Source of the DNA: a virus
Lineage: Duplodnaviria; Heunggongvirae; Uroviricota; Caudoviricetes
Strand: one strand, 5' to 3'
Virus record (IMG/VR): IMGVR_UViG_2740892231_000011
Span: 1 to 56,969 of that record
DNA length: 56,969 nt
The translations under genes were made by a program, and so were the position numbers. The notes below the pieces were generated by a model, which saw only the letters and a list, made by a program, of their open reading frames with translations, had not been told where the DNA came from and did not search any database. Positions within the stretch are counted from its first letter, which is position 1. Every line of letters starts with the position of its first letter. Below, piece after piece: positions 29,704-39,177 of this stretch.

Positions 29704-30026
29704 ACTTTCAGGCCCCTCTCATGTAACCAGTGGGTTGCACGCAGCCTTGCGTTTTCCTCACCGGCAAGCAGTGCGCGGATAATCCCGACCGCCTCGCTGT
29801 CGTCGTCCTTCACCGCGGTATGAAGCGTTATCCCCCGGGCCACGCCACGCTTTATCGTGATGACGCCTTTTTTCTCCAGTGCGCGAAGATGCTCTACCGC
29901 TGCATTCACTGAACGGTATCCCAGCATGGTTGCCACCTCCTGATTGGTTGGCGGAAAGCCACGCTCTTTCTGATAAGAAATCAGCATATCCAGCACCTGC
30001 TGCTGGCATTGAGTTAACGTCGTCAT
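29700..30026 (-). CDS. LexA N-terminal-like DNA-binding protein (no peptidase domain)
   Basis: LTQCQQQVLDMLISYQKERGFPPTNQEVATMLGYRSVNAAVEHLRALEKKGVI parallels the LexA winged-helix domain. Confidence 0.55.
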   Translation of the reverse strand: MTTLTQCQQQVLDMLISYQKERGFPPTNQEVATMLGYRSVNAAVEHLRALEKKGVITIKRGVARGITLHTAVKDDDSEAVGIIRALLAGEENARLRATHWLHERGLKV

Positions 30027-30709
30027 GCCGCCATCTCCCTGACCAGTTTTTCCGCCTGCTGGCGAACCTGCACCAGAAAGGCTTCACCACATGCCTCAAG
30101 TTCATCGCGCCCGATGTAGCTGATTGCCGGTCCCTTCCAGGTCTTGTCGAAAACAGCAATAGCACCAGCGAAGAAAGCTCCTGTCGGCACCTGCTTCTCA
30201 TCCTTCGGGATAAACCAGGCAGGCAGTTCAAAACCAATACGCCCGCGAATAAAAGCAATATGGTCCGCATCTTCCGGCCACCACACTTCGCTGGTGGCAG
30301 CTTTGATCAGGAAAACATAGCGCCCGCCCTTATCACGCATGGCACTGGCATGTTTCATGATGTAACGCATGCCGGTGATGTATTGCCCCTCATGCTGACT
30401 GGCGCGGCTGTATGGGGGATTACCAAAGGCAGCACCTTTAAGCTCCGCAAGACGTTCTGACCAGTCATGCGCCAGCGCGTTATCTTCCGCCGTGTAATAC
30501 GCGGCACATTTGGCGTTATCACCGTCAGTGAACAGATCCAGAACAAACGGGCCAAACAGGGTGTTAATTCCCCAGAAAATGTTGTCCGGCGTGCGCCACT
30601 GATCGCCCACTTCCTTCAGTTCATGGGCTGGTTTGTTCCGCAGTTCCACCAGCGCCTGGCAATATTTATTACTCATTAAGCCCCCACGTAATTCCCTGAC
30701 AGATACCAC
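30023..30709 (-). CDS. phage N6-adenine DNA methyltransferase (Dam-like)
   Basis: NPPY catalytic motif (AFGNPPYS); probable true start at MSNKYCQ (30676), overlapping the upstream stop as ATGA. Confidence 0.75.
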   Translation of the reverse strand: MVSVRELRGGLMSNKYCQALVELRNKPAHELKEVGDQWRTPDNIFWGINTLFGPFVLDLFTDGDNAKCAAYYTAEDNALAHDWSERLAELKGAAFGNPPYSRASQHEGQYITGMRYIMKHASAMRDKGGRYVFLIKAATSEVWWPEDADHIAFIRGRIGFELPAWFIPKDEKQVPTGAFFAGAIAVFDKTWKGPAISYIGRDELEACGEAFLVQVRQQAEKLVREMAA

Positions 30710-31170
30710 TCTTCACCCGATGCAGCGCGCTTGCTGCTTTTCCGTAAGCACCGCTCACGGCGCGCCAGAAAATTGTTTCGTTCTGACTGGGAGTGGCTTT
30801 CACGGAATGCCGCCATCCACACGGTTGCAGCACGACGGTATAAGCCCCTGGACTCCAGTTCTTCAGCCTGGCGGGTCAGGCACAAAATCACCCGGGGATC
30901 GTTAGTGCCGACATAGAAATTACGCACAGGTTTGGTTTCACGAACTGGTTGCGGTTCCGGCTCCTGCGCTCTCTCAGTCAGGCGCGGGAAATGTCTGCGT
31001 GTATCTCCTTCACAACGGTGAGCCACACGCCCACTCTGACGTAACTTGCTTGCAGACTGCAGAACGCGCTGCCGTGAGTAACCTGCAAAAGCATCCGCAA
31101 TGTCTCCGGAAGTACACCCCGGATGGGCTTCAATGAATTTCTGAACTTCATTCAAAAGACTCATAATCAC
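30676..31170 (-). CDS. PerC-like transcriptional regulator
   Basis: 164 aa; LESRGLYRRAATVWMAAF resembles the PerC signature and the second copy at 52008..52307. Confidence 0.5.
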   Translation of the reverse strand: MIMSLLNEVQKFIEAHPGCTSGDIADAFAGYSRQRVLQSASKLRQSGRVAHRCEGDTRRHFPRLTERAQEPEPQPVRETKPVRNFYVGTNDPRVILCLTRQAEELESRGLYRRAATVWMAAFRESHSQSERNNFLARRERCLRKSSKRAASGEEWYLSGNYVGA

Positions 31171-32108
31171 CCCCTGAATCCTGCCGGGATCTGGCTGTAG
31201 TCCACGTTGTCGTAACTGGATTTGAAGTACGGGTCTTCGCGTTTTTCGGTGTACGTGCTTACGGACGGCGATAAGCGCAGGGAAAGCTCATCCCATTTTT
31301 CCCGCAGCTTCGACGGGCTGAGCACGTTACGGCACCAGAACGGATCGCGGCTGACGCGGCTGTACATCTCGCAGATTTGTTTATGAGTACGCCCATCCTG
31401 TACACACATCAGGCGAATTTCGTTTGCCCAGGCTGTCCAGTTCGGTTCTTTAGGACGTACCACTTCGCCGTCACATTCGGCGGCCTGCTCGTACAGAGCG
31501 ATGATTTTTTTCCAGAGCCACTGTGCGCAGGTCAAATCATCCTGCGTTCCCCACTGGCGCTTTTTAGGGCTGAATACAACCGCATCAGGATGGCGAGTTA
31601 AAAACTCTTGTTCAGCCGTCTGCGTGTCCGGTTGCGAAGCGTCCGGACGAGAAGTTTTTTTATCTGACGGATCATGTTTTGATTTTACTGACGGATCCCC
31701 GCCAGATTCTGACGGGTGAAAACCCGCTTTTTTGCCAGATTTCGACGCATCAAATTTTGACTGGTCAGATTTTGATGCGTCAGATTTTGACGGGTCAGAA
31801 TCTGACAGTTGAGAAAATGCCGCTTCCTGAAGCTTCGCAACGTTAAGCTGATAAACATTCGACGCATTGCGGTTACCCTGGCGACGCGCCTTACGCGTTA
31901 ACCAGCCTTCTGCTTCCAGCCGTGCGATAGCCGTTCTGACGGTGCTCATCCCCGCGCCAATCTGGCGGGCAATGGTTTCAATTGATGGCCAGCACACACC
32001 TTCGTCATTACTGAAATCAGCCAGGCGGGCCATAATTGCCACGCTGGATAACTTCATGCCTGACGCAGCGCAACCATCCCATACATAGCCGGTTAATTTA
32101 GTGCTCAT
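31167..32108 (-). CDS. replication initiator (O-like) with internal origin iterons
   Basis: N-terminal wHTH; internal protein repeats (DPSKSDASKSDQSKFDASKS) encoded by DNA iterons; lambdoid replication-gene position. Confidence 0.65.
   Translation of the reverse strand: MSTKLTGYVWDGCAASGMKLSSVAIMARLADFSNDEGVCWPSIETIARQIGAGMSTVRTAIARLEAEGWLTRKARRQGNRNASNVYQLNVAKLQEAAFSQLSDSDPSKSDASKSDQSKFDASKSGKKAGFHPSESGGDPSVKSKHDPSDKKTSRPDASQPDTQTAEQEFLTRHPDAVVFSPKKRQWGTQDDLTCAQWLWKKIIALYEQAAECDGEVVRPKEPNWTAWANEIRLMCVQDGRTHKQICEMYSRVSRDPFWCRNVLSPSKLREKWDELSLRLSPSVSTYTEKREDPYFKSSYDNVDYSQIPAGFRG
31655..31815. repeat. iteron array (putative phage origin) inside the replication initiator gene
   Basis: About 7 direct repeats of TCAGATTTTGACGGG-like units at 18-19 bp period (tcagattttgacggg, tcaaattttgactgg, tcagattttgatgcg, ...). 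Confidence 0.6.
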
Positions 32109-32117
32109 GACCGACCT

Positions 32118-32456
32118 CTATTTCCCTGAATTTACGACGAAACTGTTCGAGCGGGCTGAAGCACTCATGCTCATAGCCTTCGCGGAGGTAGATAACCCGT
32201 TGTGTTTCCGGCTCCCAACGAATGACTCTGACGGGCACTCCGTAGTGATCTTTGAACCAGCGGTTAACTTGTCGCAAAGGACTGTCTCCTTCTGCCGGTT
32301 GAAATCACCCACAGCCCACTCTGCAAAGCTGTGGGTTACAATTTCCCTGTCACCTGGTACATTTACTGCATAGCAATACTCCACCTTCGCTTTTCCACCC
32401 GGTACAGGAAGCGCAATCAGTTGCGAGCGACGGTAGTGTGTTGTTAAACTGTTCAT
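32118..32456 (-). CDS. hypothetical protein
   Basis: 112 aa ORF whose start overlaps the upstream stop (coupling); no recognisable motif. Confidence 0.35.
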   Translation of the reverse strand: MNSLTTHYRRSQLIALPVPGGKAKVEYCYAVNVPGDREIVTHSFAEWAVGDFNRQKETVLCDKLTAGSKITTECPSESFVGSRKHNGLSTSAKAMSMSASARSNSFVVNSGK

Positions 32457-33016
32457 GCGTTAGTTTCTCCACAGTCACGACACGCCACGGCGCCCGGAGC
32501 TGCACACTCGCGGGCGTCACTACTTTCTGAAACGCAAAAGATTTTGTAGACCAGTGCTGCATGCTCCTGCAGCTTCGAAATTGAGAGGTACAGCTCATCG
32601 TTAATTGCTGTCTTCTCATGTGGTTCCACTACACCGTCTTCAATTGCTGAACGAATCTGTTTTGAATAACTGCCGATCTGTTCAATGACTTCCAGCAGGC
32701 GTTGGTTGATATCGGCGTTGTCCACATCCTCGACGTCAGGAAGAGACACAAAGACGCCATTTGCAGACTGCGCCACAGCGTCAACAATGAAGTGAGTGCC
32801 ACCAGCACGCTGTAAAACCATTGCCCATCCCAGCGGGAAAATCTGATCGCCATCTGCACGAAGGCGGTTGAATAAAGCGTTTTCTGTTACATCGAGCCAG
32901 TCAGCCGCTTCAGCGTAACCACCCGGCAACGCCGCGATAGTTTTTCTGACAGCTTTCACGTACCACTCAGGCTGTTTTTCTATTTTCCAGTGATGCTTAC
33001 CCACGATTAGCCTCAT
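32453..33016 (-). CDS. early regulatory protein (CII / YdaT-like position)
   Basis: 187 aa immediately downstream of the cro-like gene; family assignment uncertain. Confidence 0.45.
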   Translation of the reverse strand: MRLIVGKHHWKIEKQPEWYVKAVRKTIAALPGGYAEAADWLDVTENALFNRLRADGDQIFPLGWAMVLQRAGGTHFIVDAVAQSANGVFVSLPDVEDVDNADINQRLLEVIEQIGSYSKQIRSAIEDGVVEPHEKTAINDELYLSISKLQEHAALVYKIFCVSESSDARECAAPGAVACRDCGETNA

Positions 33017-33047
33017 CGTTCTGTGGTTAAAAATTGAAAGTGTTCTG

Positions 33048-33248
33048 CTAATCTTTCGGATAGATATCCGGTCTTAAGTCAGATTTCGTAATTGCACCTG
33101 ACGTGCATTGCTCAAGTTTTTTAGCCAGCACAAAACTGGCTTTTTTATAGCCATTGAAAACCAGCCGTAAGTAGCCAGGTGTTGAGCCAACTTTTCCGGC
33201 CAACTCGCCCTGCTGTTCTTTGGTTAAAGAGTCCCAATACGCTTTCAT
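33048..33248 (-). CDS. Cro-like HTH regulator
   Basis: 66 aa from internal Met (MKAYWDSLTKEQQGELAGKVGSTPGYLRL...), divergent from the repressor; the track ORF 33048..33551 is an upstream read-through. Confidence 0.6.
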   Translation of the reverse strand: MKAYWDSLTKEQQGELAGKVGSTPGYLRLVFNGYKKASFVLAKKLEQCTSGAITKSDLRPDIYPKD

Positions 33249-33251
33249 ACA

Positions 33252-33323
33252 ATATGTACCTCCAGTGTACATATTACATGATTGAAATGAACCTTCAAGA
33301 CACTTGTACCTTAACGGTACAAG
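33252..33323. promoter_or_regulatory. immunity-region operators between divergent cI-like and cro-like genes
   Basis: Two dyads: ATATGTAC-ctccagt-GTACATAT (about 33252..33274) and CTTGTACC-ttaac-GGTACAAG (about 33303..33323), sharing a GTAC core. Confidence 0.55.
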
Positions 33324-33338
33324 GGTTTTAATTTCGTT

Positions 33339-34013
33339 ATGAAAACAATCCATGACATCCGGCGGTCTAACGCCAGAAAACTGAGAGATGGTGTTGGCGG
33401 GAATTCTTCCTTTGCCACTATGATTGATCGCGAGCCAACCCAGACCAGCAGGTTTATGGGAGATGGTGCTACTAAAAATATCGGTGACAGCATGGCACGA
33501 CACATCGAAAAATGTTTCGACCTGCCTGTTGGATGGCTCGATCAAGAACACCAGACAACGAACATCACAAAAAAACCTGATGTTTCAATCACTAATAAAC
33601 AAATCACATTAGTCCCTGTCATATCATGGGTACAGGCCGGAGCATGGAAAGAAGTTGGATATTCTGAGGTTGATTTGAGCACAGCAGAAACGTATCCCTG
33701 CCCTGTACCCTGTGGGGAAATGACTTATATCTTGCGGGTGATAGGTGATTCAATGATTGATGAGTACCGCCCAGGAGACATGATTTTTGTCGATCCTGAA
33801 GTACCTGCCTGCCACGGTGACGACGTTATTGCATTGATGCACGATACAGGTGAAACCACCTTCAAAAGGTTGATAGAAGATGGGACACAGCGTTATCTCA
33901 AAGCGTTAAACCCAAACTGGCCTGAGCCTTACATTAAGATCAACGGTAATTGCTCTATAATTGGTACTGTGATTTTCTCAGGAAAACCAAGAAGATACAA
34001 AATCAAAGCCTAA
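33339..34013 (+). CDS. CI-like repressor with S24 (LexA-type) autopeptidase domain
   Basis: N-terminal HTH, C-terminal LRVIGDSM...GDMIFVDPE...FKRL consistent with a Ser-Lys peptidase fold. Confidence 0.8.
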   Translation: MKTIHDIRRSNARKLRDGVGGNSSFATMIDREPTQTSRFMGDGATKNIGDSMARHIEKCFDLPVGWLDQEHQTTNITKKPDVSITNKQITLVPVISWVQAGAWKEVGYSEVDLSTAETYPCPVPCGEMTYILRVIGDSMIDEYRPGDMIFVDPEVPACHGDDVIALMHDTGETTFKRLIEDGTQRYLKALNPNWPEPYIKINGNCSIIGTVIFSGKPRRYKIKA

Positions 34014-34164
34014 TCAATGTTTATGAACCTGCTTCGGCAGGTTTTTTTATACTTGACAATGTACCTTTGAGATACATAATGTACCCAAAAGAAACAACAA
34101 ACAGGCAGGACGCCCACGAAGTAGCCGCCTGGGGCATATGAAGTCCAGGATGATTCGTTGAGTC

Positions 34165-34482
34165 ATGTTGTGCCACTATGCACTCATGTTAAAGCAGGTG
34201 TATGAAATGAAAGTCCAGATTTTAAACAATAACTGTGAAGTCGTTTGGTCATACGACATAGCCGCCCCTGTAGATCAGAGCGGCGATAGCTGGACCAATG
34301 GGAAACATCAGATTATGGCTGGAGTTGTGTTCTCTTTACGCCGTGCTTTGGAACAGGCTGAAGTATTTCCATCAGACCCTGAATGGAAATGGCCTTTTTC
34401 TATTTGTCCAAATTCGGAGAGCACATTTCAGAAAATTGGTCAGAAAGTCGCACTCGAAGAGCATCAGCCAACTGTTTCCTGA
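34165..34482 (+). CDS. hypothetical protein
   Basis: 105 aa ORF downstream of the repressor; overlaps a convergent ORF, so only one may be real. Confidence 0.3.
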   Translation: MLCHYALMLKQVYEMKVQILNNNCEVVWSYDIAAPVDQSGDSWTNGKHQIMAGVVFSLRRALEQAEVFPSDPEWKWPFSICPNSESTFQKIGQKVALEEHQPTVS

Positions 34483-34645
34483 TTATTTCAGGTAACTCGT
34501 CGGCATCGCAGAAACAACAACGCTCGATCATGTTGAAAGCCGATTCGTAGAACTGTTTCTGCTGAGTGTCGCTGAGACAGGAAAAGAACGACGTTACGAT
34601 GATTTTATTAATTGCATTATCAAGTTCTTTTTCATCAAAAGTCAT
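34400..34645 (-). CDS. hypothetical protein
   Basis: 81 aa AT-rich ORF, convergent with 34165..34482. Confidence 0.3.
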   Translation of the reverse strand: MTFDEKELDNAINKIIVTSFFSCLSDTQQKQFYESAFNMIERCCFCDADELPEIIRKQLADALRVRLSDQFSEMCSPNLDK

Positions 34646-35082
34646 TTGATTTTCCTTTTATGTATACGGGCTTAAAAGGATACCACCGAGCCTGAAGTGG
34701 TGAAAAGACAGGCACATAACAGCTAAGTATTTTCAACCAAAGAGAATCCTTGGCGTTGTGGTGAATGCGGCTCAGCGCACGCGGGTTAAGGTTGAGGCTG
34801 ACAGTCGACCTTCTGTGGATACCCACCCGTCTGGTGTGCAACCTTCGCCAGGCACCGGGAGGCACCCGGCACCACAACTTTATGCTGTGTGTAGTCCTGG
34901 CGGTACCAGTTTGTACCCTTGCTTCCGGCTGGTACCGTCCTTTTTACAAAACCGAGAAGAGCATCACCGGACGACGGGCTCATAACCCAATCCATCCGGG
35001 CGGCTGCCACCGCAGGTGTTCTTCTCTGTTTTGTGGAGAAACCAACTGGCCTTGCAGGGTCGATATGATGAGGAGCAGCAAA

Positions 35083-35445
35083 ATGGCTAGCGAACGCAGT
35101 ACTGATGTGCAGGCATTTATCGGGGAGCTGGACGGCGGCGTATTTGAAACCAAAATCGGCGCAGTTCTCAGTGAAGTCGCTTCCGGTGTGATGAACACGA
35201 AAACCAAAGGTAAGGTCTCACTCAACCTGGAAATCGAACCATTTGATGAGAACCGTGTGAAAATCAAACACAAACTCTCATATGTTCGCCCGACTAACCG
35301 CGGGAAAATTTCCGAAGAAGACACCACCGAAACGCCGATGTATGTCAATCGCGGTGGTCGCCTGACTATTCTGCAGGAAGACCAGGGACAATTACTGACT
35401 CTTGCCGGTGAACCTGACGGAAAACTCCGCGCAGCAGGTCATTAA
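35083..35445 (+). CDS. YfdP-like early protein (120 aa)
   Basis: AGGAG RBS 7 nt upstream of ATG at 35083; the longer track ORF from 34765 is an unlikely extension; gene order matches the CPS-53/SfV-like yfdPQRS block. Confidence 0.5.
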   Translation: MASERSTDVQAFIGELDGGVFETKIGAVLSEVASGVMNTKTKGKVSLNLEIEPFDENRVKIKHKLSYVRPTNRGKISEEDTTETPMYVNRGGRLTILQEDQGQLLTLAGEPDGKLRAAGH

Positions 35446-35510
35446 TATCGTTCTTAATTAACTGATTATTTATCTCATCACTGAATATCTTTATATAGTG
35501 AGGACTTATT

Positions 35511-36335
35511 ATGTCTCAGAACTTAGACGCAACCGCAATTAATCAAATCCATGCCCTTATTTCTGCTCAGGGTGTTAATGAAATTATCAGTAAGATTGGT
35601 GCCGATGTTGTGGCATTGCCTGAGAATTTCCGCATTCATGATCTGGAAAAATTTAATTTAAATCGCTTCCGTTTCCGTGGTGCGCTTTCCACTGCCAGCA
35701 TCGATGACTTTACCCATTATTCCAAAGATCTTGCAGATGAAGGCACCCGCTGCTTTATCGATGCTGATAATATGCGTGCTGTCAGTGTGCTTAATCTGGG
35801 TACTATTGATGAACCAGGTCACGCAGATAACACCGCCACTCTCAAACTGAAAAAGACAGCACCGTTCTCTGCACTGTTGTCTGTTAACGGCGAGCGTAAC
35901 TCCCAGAAGCCACTGGCAGAATGGATTGAAGACTGGGCCGACTACCTTGTGGGCTTTGATGCTAATGGTGACACCATTCAGGCAACCAAAGCGGCTGCGG
36001 CGATCCGTAAAATCACGATTGAAGCAAACCAGACCGCTGATTTTGAAGATAATGACTTCAGCGGCAAACGCTCCCTGATGGAGTCTGTCGAAGCGAAGAC
36101 CAAAGACATTATGCCAGTGGCATTTGAATTTAAATGCGTTCCGTTTGAAGGCCTGAAAGAACGTCCGTTTAAATTACGCCTCAGCATTATCACTGGCGAT
36201 CGTCCGGTACTGGTTCTGCGCATTATTCAGCTGGAAGCGGTGCAGGAGGAAATGGCTAACGAATTTCGTGATCTGCTTGTTGAGAAATTCAAAGACAGCA
36301 AAGTAGAAACCTTTATTGGTACTTTCACCGCCTGA
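35511..36335 (+). CDS. YfdQ-like (DUF2303) protein
   Basis: 274 aa, same length and position as yfdQ in SfV-like early-left operons (from memory). Confidence 0.55.
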   Translation: MSQNLDATAINQIHALISAQGVNEIISKIGADVVALPENFRIHDLEKFNLNRFRFRGALSTASIDDFTHYSKDLADEGTRCFIDADNMRAVSVLNLGTIDEPGHADNTATLKLKKTAPFSALLSVNGERNSQKPLAEWIEDWADYLVGFDANGDTIQATKAAAAIRKITIEANQTADFEDNDFSGKRSLMESVEAKTKDIMPVAFEFKCVPFEGLKERPFKLRLSIITGDRPVLVLRIIQLEAVQEEMANEFRDLLVEKFKDSKVETFIGTFTA

Positions 36336-36462
36336 TTTCATTACTGCAAATGCCCCTGCGGGGGCATTTATGGAAACATAATTTACTCAATAATCGCCGG
36401 ATGGTGAGGGCTTCCTTTTACCCGAATTCAGCGCGGTGCAGCGCATATACGTGGAGAACAAA

Positions 36463-36999
36463 ATGTCATTTATTAAAACTTTTTCCGGGAAGCATTTTTA
36501 TTATGACAAGATAAATAAAGACGACATCGTGATTAACGATATCGCGGTTTCCCTTTCAAATATCTGTCGCTTTGCAGGACATCTATCACACTTCTACAGT
36601 GTCGCCCAGCATGCAGTGCTTTGCAGCCAACTGGTGCCGCAGGAATTTGCTTTTGAAGCGTTAATGCATGATGCAACAGAAGCGTATTGCCAGGACATCC
36701 CCGCACCACTGAAACGACTTCTTCCTGACTATAAACGGATGGAAGAAAAAATAGACGCCGTAATCCGTGAGAAATACGGGTTACCTCCTGTTATGAGCAC
36801 GCCAGTGAAATATGCCGATCTCATTATGCTGGCAACCGAACGCCGCGATCTCGGACTTGATGATGGCTCTTTCTGGCCTGTATTGGAAGGTATCCCGGCA
36901 ACAGAGATGTTCAAAGTTATTCCACTGTCGCCAGGTCATGCCTACGGGATGTTTATGGAACGTTTTAACGAGTTATCGGAGTTACGCAAATGCGCATGA
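36463..36999 (+). CDS. HD-domain phosphohydrolase (YfdR-like)
   Basis: HD motifs (HLSHFYSVAQHAV ... LMHDATEAY); start at MSFIKTF with GGAGA RBS; 178 aa. Confidence 0.65.
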   Translation: MSFIKTFSGKHFYYDKINKDDIVINDIAVSLSNICRFAGHLSHFYSVAQHAVLCSQLVPQEFAFEALMHDATEAYCQDIPAPLKRLLPDYKRMEEKIDAVIREKYGLPPVMSTPVKYADLIMLATERRDLGLDDGSFWPVLEGIPATEMFKVIPLSPGHAYGMFMERFNELSELRKCA

Positions 37000-37352
37000 A
37001 TGTTTTCGAAATGGAAGGGTTTCTTCGTGGGAGATGTGTACCGCGAGATCTGAAAGTGAATGAAACAGATGCTGAATACCTGGTACGTAAATTCGATGCG
37101 CTTGAAGCTAAATGTGCAGCACTGGAAAACAAAGTAATACCAGTGTCAGCTGAACTGCCGCCAGCAAATGAAAGTGTTCTGTTATTTGATGCTAATGGAG
37201 AAGGCTGGCTGATTGGCTGGCGTTCTCTCTGGTACACATGGGGGCAAAAAGAAACCGGAGAATGGCAGTGGACATTTCAGGTCGGGGACCTTGAAAACGT
37301 CAATATCACTCACTGGGCAGTAATGCCGAAAGCACCGGAGACTAAGAAATGA
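36990..37352 (+). CDS. YfdS-like (DUF551) protein
   Basis: 120 aa, coupled to the preceding gene. Confidence 0.5.
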   Translation: MRMNVFEMEGFLRGRCVPRDLKVNETDAEYLVRKFDALEAKCAALENKVIPVSAELPPANESVLLFDANGEGWLIGWRSLWYTWGQKETGEWQWTFQVGDLENVNITHWAVMPKAPETKK

Positions 37353-37564
37353 GCGTGATAAAAACTCATACAGGAATTGTTATCACCCGAGACGGTGAAA
37401 AGCGGATGAAATTACATTCTACTGAAACGTCCTGGGTTGCCGGACGTTGTGAATCCTACGACAAAAAGACTGGTTACCGTTGGGGCGCGACAAACATGCG
37501 CCGCCGTCTGCTCCTGGACAGCATCAGGCCAATAAAACACGTAGCAACCAGAGAACAAAATTAA
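37349..37564 (+). CDS. hypothetical protein
   Basis: 71 aa ORF coupled within the early-left operon. Confidence 0.4.
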   Translation: MSVIKTHTGIVITRDGEKRMKLHSTETSWVAGRCESYDKKTGYRWGATNMRRRLLLDSIRPIKHVATREQN

Positions 37565-37611
37565 TTATCAGGACTGGAATTTGATATTACTGCCCGTGTG
37601 CAGCGGGCTAA

Positions 37612-37830
37612 GTGGAGAAACATATGCTGAACCTCGATTGTGTTCCTATCTCAACTTATTGCAAAGAAACTGGCGAAACTCCTGAAGCAATAAACAAACG
37701 TGTACAGCGCGGTGTTTGGCGTGAAGGTGTTCAGGTTTTAAAGGTTGAAGGCGTTAAGGAGAGGTGGATTGATCTTAGTGAGGTTGCAAAATGGGCCAGA
37801 CAAAACTGCTCAAACTACCGCGCGGCGTAA
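37612..37830 (+). CDS. excisionase-like protein
   Basis: Small basic protein directly upstream of and overlapping the integrase start. Confidence 0.45.
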   Translation: MEKHMLNLDCVPISTYCKETGETPEAINKRVQRGVWREGVQVLKVEGVKERWIDLSEVAKWARQNCSNYRAA

Positions 37831-38987
37831 CAATCAGGAAACACCGCCAGGGCGAAACGATCAATATAACTTTCACCTACAAAGGAGTTAAATGTCGTGA
37901 GCCTCTTTCCAATCTGGAAGTAACACCAAAGAACATTAAATACGCCGAGCGCACACTCGGCGAAATTCATAATAAGATCGAAAGGGGAACATTCATTTAT
38001 GCGGAATATTTTCCCCGTTCTGCTCGTTTGAAAATTTTTGGTAATGCTGCTGCAGGCAAAACGGTAAAAATGTACCTGGACGAATATCTTGAAATCTGCG
38101 AAACGAGAAAACTCTCACCCTCAACGATTGGTGGTTATAAAAAATGCCGTAGTGCGTTAGCCTCACTCCACATTTGCCCTGCAAGTGAATTAACACCAGC
38201 AATCCTGAAAGCGTGGATTCAAAGTCAGAAAACGACCTTAAAAACAATTCGCAACCAGTTATCTTTCCTGCGGTCAGCACTTGATGAAGCCGTAACCGAT
38301 GGGGTACTTCAAATTAACCCCGTATCGTTGGTAACTGCTTCGCGCTACCAAAGTGATAAGTCAGAAGCAGAAAGTTGCTACGTGGTTGATCCGCTATCAC
38401 CAACAGAAGTTGATGCATTACTAGCAGCAGCCGGAAACAAACAATGGGAGAATCTGTTCCGGTTCGCTATACATACAGGCCTGCGTAGTTCTGAATTATG
38501 TGCCCTTAGATGGCGTGATATCGACTTTGTTGGAAAAACTGCCCATGTCCAGAACGCAAGTGTTGTCGGTGTTATCAAAGGAACAAAGACAAAAGCCGGT
38601 ACTCGTAAAGTTGAACTGACAGAAGAGGCAATGTTGGCGCTGATAAACCAGAAGCCATTTACATTCATGAAGGATGCTACTGTCTTTGAAGATCCAAAGA
38701 CAAACAAACCGTGGGCCAGCGCCGATGCGATAAGGAAAAAAGCGTGGATACCAACCTTGCGTAAAGCTGGTATCCGGTACCGTAACCCATATCAGACCAG
38801 GCATACATTCGCCACCAGCCATATCAGCCGTGGTGCGAACCTGTTCTGGCTTGCAGCTCAAATGGGGCATAAAGGGCCGGAAATGCTTTTCAGGCATTAT
38901 GGTTCGTATCTCGTAGACTATGATGGCAAGACAGCTTGTAAGGACCAAGTATCAAAAAATCCGGAGAACATGAAAATTGAGAAGTAA
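37791..38987 (+). CDS. int: tyrosine integrase (lambda-type with arm-binding N-terminus)
   Basis: 398 aa; C-terminal catalytic region with R...HTFATSHI...LGH...Y-type motifs; positioned near the att repeat at 41255. Confidence 0.85.
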   Translation: MGQTKLLKLPRGVTIRKHRQGETINITFTYKGVKCREPLSNLEVTPKNIKYAERTLGEIHNKIERGTFIYAEYFPRSARLKIFGNAAAGKTVKMYLDEYLEICETRKLSPSTIGGYKKCRSALASLHICPASELTPAILKAWIQSQKTTLKTIRNQLSFLRSALDEAVTDGVLQINPVSLVTASRYQSDKSEAESCYVVDPLSPTEVDALLAAAGNKQWENLFRFAIHTGLRSSELCALRWRDIDFVGKTAHVQNASVVGVIKGTKTKAGTRKVELTEEAMLALINQKPFTFMKDATVFEDPKTNKPWASADAIRKKAWIPTLRKAGIRYRNPYQTRHTFATSHISRGANLFWLAAQMGHKGPEMLFRHYGSYLVDYDGKTACKDQVSKNPENMKIEK

Positions 38988-39177
38988 AACGCCCGATAGC
39001 ACTAGCCCCCCTTCGAAAAACAGTAAAGCTTACAAGAATGTTAGCAGGATGATGAGGATAGTGTACAATGGTTTTAGTGTGCATTAAATGCAAAGATTTG
39101 ACGTTTTTTGTCAAATTTGTGCTATAAAATCACTTTTAGTGGTTTTTAAGCTATGGGAAGTTAAAAGGGTATAAATT

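Noticed and set aside
33048-33551. 167-aa ORF as given in the track
   Set aside because: It would run through the operator region and overlap the divergent repressor start; the internal Met at 33248 gives a 66-aa Cro-like protein with proper spacing.
34765-35445. 226-aa ORF as given in the track
   Set aside because: The N-terminal 106 codons lack an RBS and overlap the upstream convergent region; an AGGAG-preceded ATG at 35083 gives a 120-aa protein that fits the yfdP-like position.
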